Positions 63,076-64,000 of a stretch of 64,000 nucleotides of DNA are shown one piece after another. The notes under the pieces are model-generated. The model ran no database searches and was not told where the DNA came from. It was given only the letters and a program-made list of their open reading frames with translations. Numbering within the stretch: the stretch's first letter is position 1; each line of letters opens with the position of its first letter. Source of the DNA: an uncultured Acidobacteriota bacterium (lineage in GTDB: Bacteria; Acidobacteriota; Thermoanaerobaculia; Multivoradales; JAHEKO01); assembly GCA_963713825.1 (NCBI GenBank), contig CAVQNG010000003.1:32001-96000 (forward strand), in the 5' to 3' direction. The position numbers were made by a program, and so were the translations under genes.

Positions 63076-63999
63076 CTAGCCGCGGTTCCAGGCCACGACC
63101 TTCTTCGCAACGTTTTGCCCACAGAGGATGACCATCGGCATGCCGCCACCGGGGTTCACCGAGCCACCGACGAAGAACAGGTTGTCGTAGCGCTCGCTCT
63201 GTTTGGGCGCCTTGAACCCCAGATTCTTCCAGCGGTCGGCGGCGACACCGTAGATCGAGCCCTTGTTGGAGTAATACTGCTCGGCAATGTCCAGCGGCGT
63301 CCAGAAGTGCTCGAAGACGATGTGCTGGCGCAGGTCGGTCAGTCCCATCCGTTCCATCTTGTCCAGCACGATCTCTTTGAACACCGCATAGTCGTCCCGG
63401 GTCAAAGGGTTCTGCTCGTCGATGTATGGGATGTGTGGCAGGACCTTCAGACAGTCGCAGCCCTCGGGGGCCACGGATGGGTCGGAGCGCGAGGCGGCGA
63501 CCAGATAGATCGTCGGATCCGCTGGCAGCTCACGCTGGCGGAAGACAGTCTCGAAATGCTTCTTTTGATCTTCCGAGAACAGGAAGTTGTGATGTGCGAG
63601 GTGCGGATACTCGCAGTCCAGACCGAGATCGAGCACCAGACCCGAGCAGGCGGGCTCGAATCGCTCCAGCGAACGGAGGAACTCGGGATCCTCGCGCAGG
63701 AGGCGGGTGTAGGCCGGGATCACCTCCATGTTGGAGACGACGATGTCGAAGGGGAGTGGCTGCCCACCCTTGGGCGTGACGCTCGTAACCCTGCCGCCGC
63801 TCTTTCCGATCTCGGTGATCTCGGTCCCCAGTCGCAGCTCGATCCCGATCTCGTCGAGCAGCCGATGCAGGCCGCGGGCGATGTTGTACAGTCCGCCGTC
63901 TACGTACCACAAGTCGTGTTCGAACTGGATGTTGGGCAGGCAGTTCATGAATGCGGGTGCCCGATAGGCCGAAGAACCGACGTACTTGATGAAGTAGTC
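63076..63999 (-). CDS. Phytoene-desaturase-family protein, CrtP/CrtNb (diapolycopene oxygenase)-like; 5' part outside window
   Basis: YFIKYVGSS, WYVDGG, YYSNKGSIYGV and FVGGSVNPGGGMPMV motifs. Confidence 0.82.
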   Translation of the reverse strand, partial: DYFIKYVGSSAYRAPAFMNCLPNIQFEHDLWYVDGGLYNIARGLHRLLDEIGIELRLGTEITEIGKSGGRVTSVTPKGGQPLPFDIVVSNMEVIPAYTRLLREDPEFLRSLERFEPACSGLVLDLGLDCEYPHLAHHNFLFSEDQKKHFETVFRQRELPADPTIYLVAASRSDPSVAPEGCDCLKVLPHIPYIDEQNPLTRDDYAVFKEIVLDKMERMGLTDLRQHIVFEHFWTPLDIAEQYYSNKGSIYGVAADRWKNLGFKAPKQSERYDNLFFVGGSVNPGGGMPMVILCGQNVAKKVVAWNRG

Positions 64000-64000
64000 C

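Overview
GC-rich bacterial chromosomal window. The 16S sequence and gene content suggest Acidobacteriota, possibly Thermoanaerobaculia-like (inference, no search run). From left to right: a 5'-truncated membrane spermidine-synthase-like methyltransferase; a CzcCBA-type RND efflux operon; a complete bacterial microcompartment (BMC) operon; a full rRNA operon (16S, tRNA-Ile, tRNA-Ala, 23S, 5S); purF/purM/purN; two MBL-fold hydrolases; a TPR lipoprotein, a secreted protein and a peptidase-propeller-Omp85 fusion; the core run dprA-topA-trmFO-xerC-hslVU-dapF-tyrS; gltA and acnA; a PIG-L deacetylase/ABC transporter/MFS/sulfatase-like operon; a molybdopterin oxidoreductase with a fused DmsB-DmsC partner; a ferredoxin-nitroreductase; an alpha/beta hydrolase; and a partial CrtP-like gene. 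The BMC operon encodes a winged-helix regulator, an RpiB-DeoC fusion, an acylating aldehyde dehydrogenase and six shell proteins, matching the sugar-phosphate-utilisation / Haliangium-type layout. Most notable observations: (1) the BMC locus, with an atypical RpiB active site, a His at the PduT pore-Cys position and a readable promoter/operator pair; (2) an array of hairpins built from orphan tRNA-Glu 3' ends, followed by a c-di-GMP-I (GEMM)-like riboswitch; (3) a candidate anti-Shine-Dalgarno sRNA convergent on acnA; (4) a probable CTG start codon for xerC; (5) repeated leaderless-type promoters; (6) intergenic octamer arrays and a REP doublet. All calls come from reading the sequence, and start sites and RNA ends are approximate.
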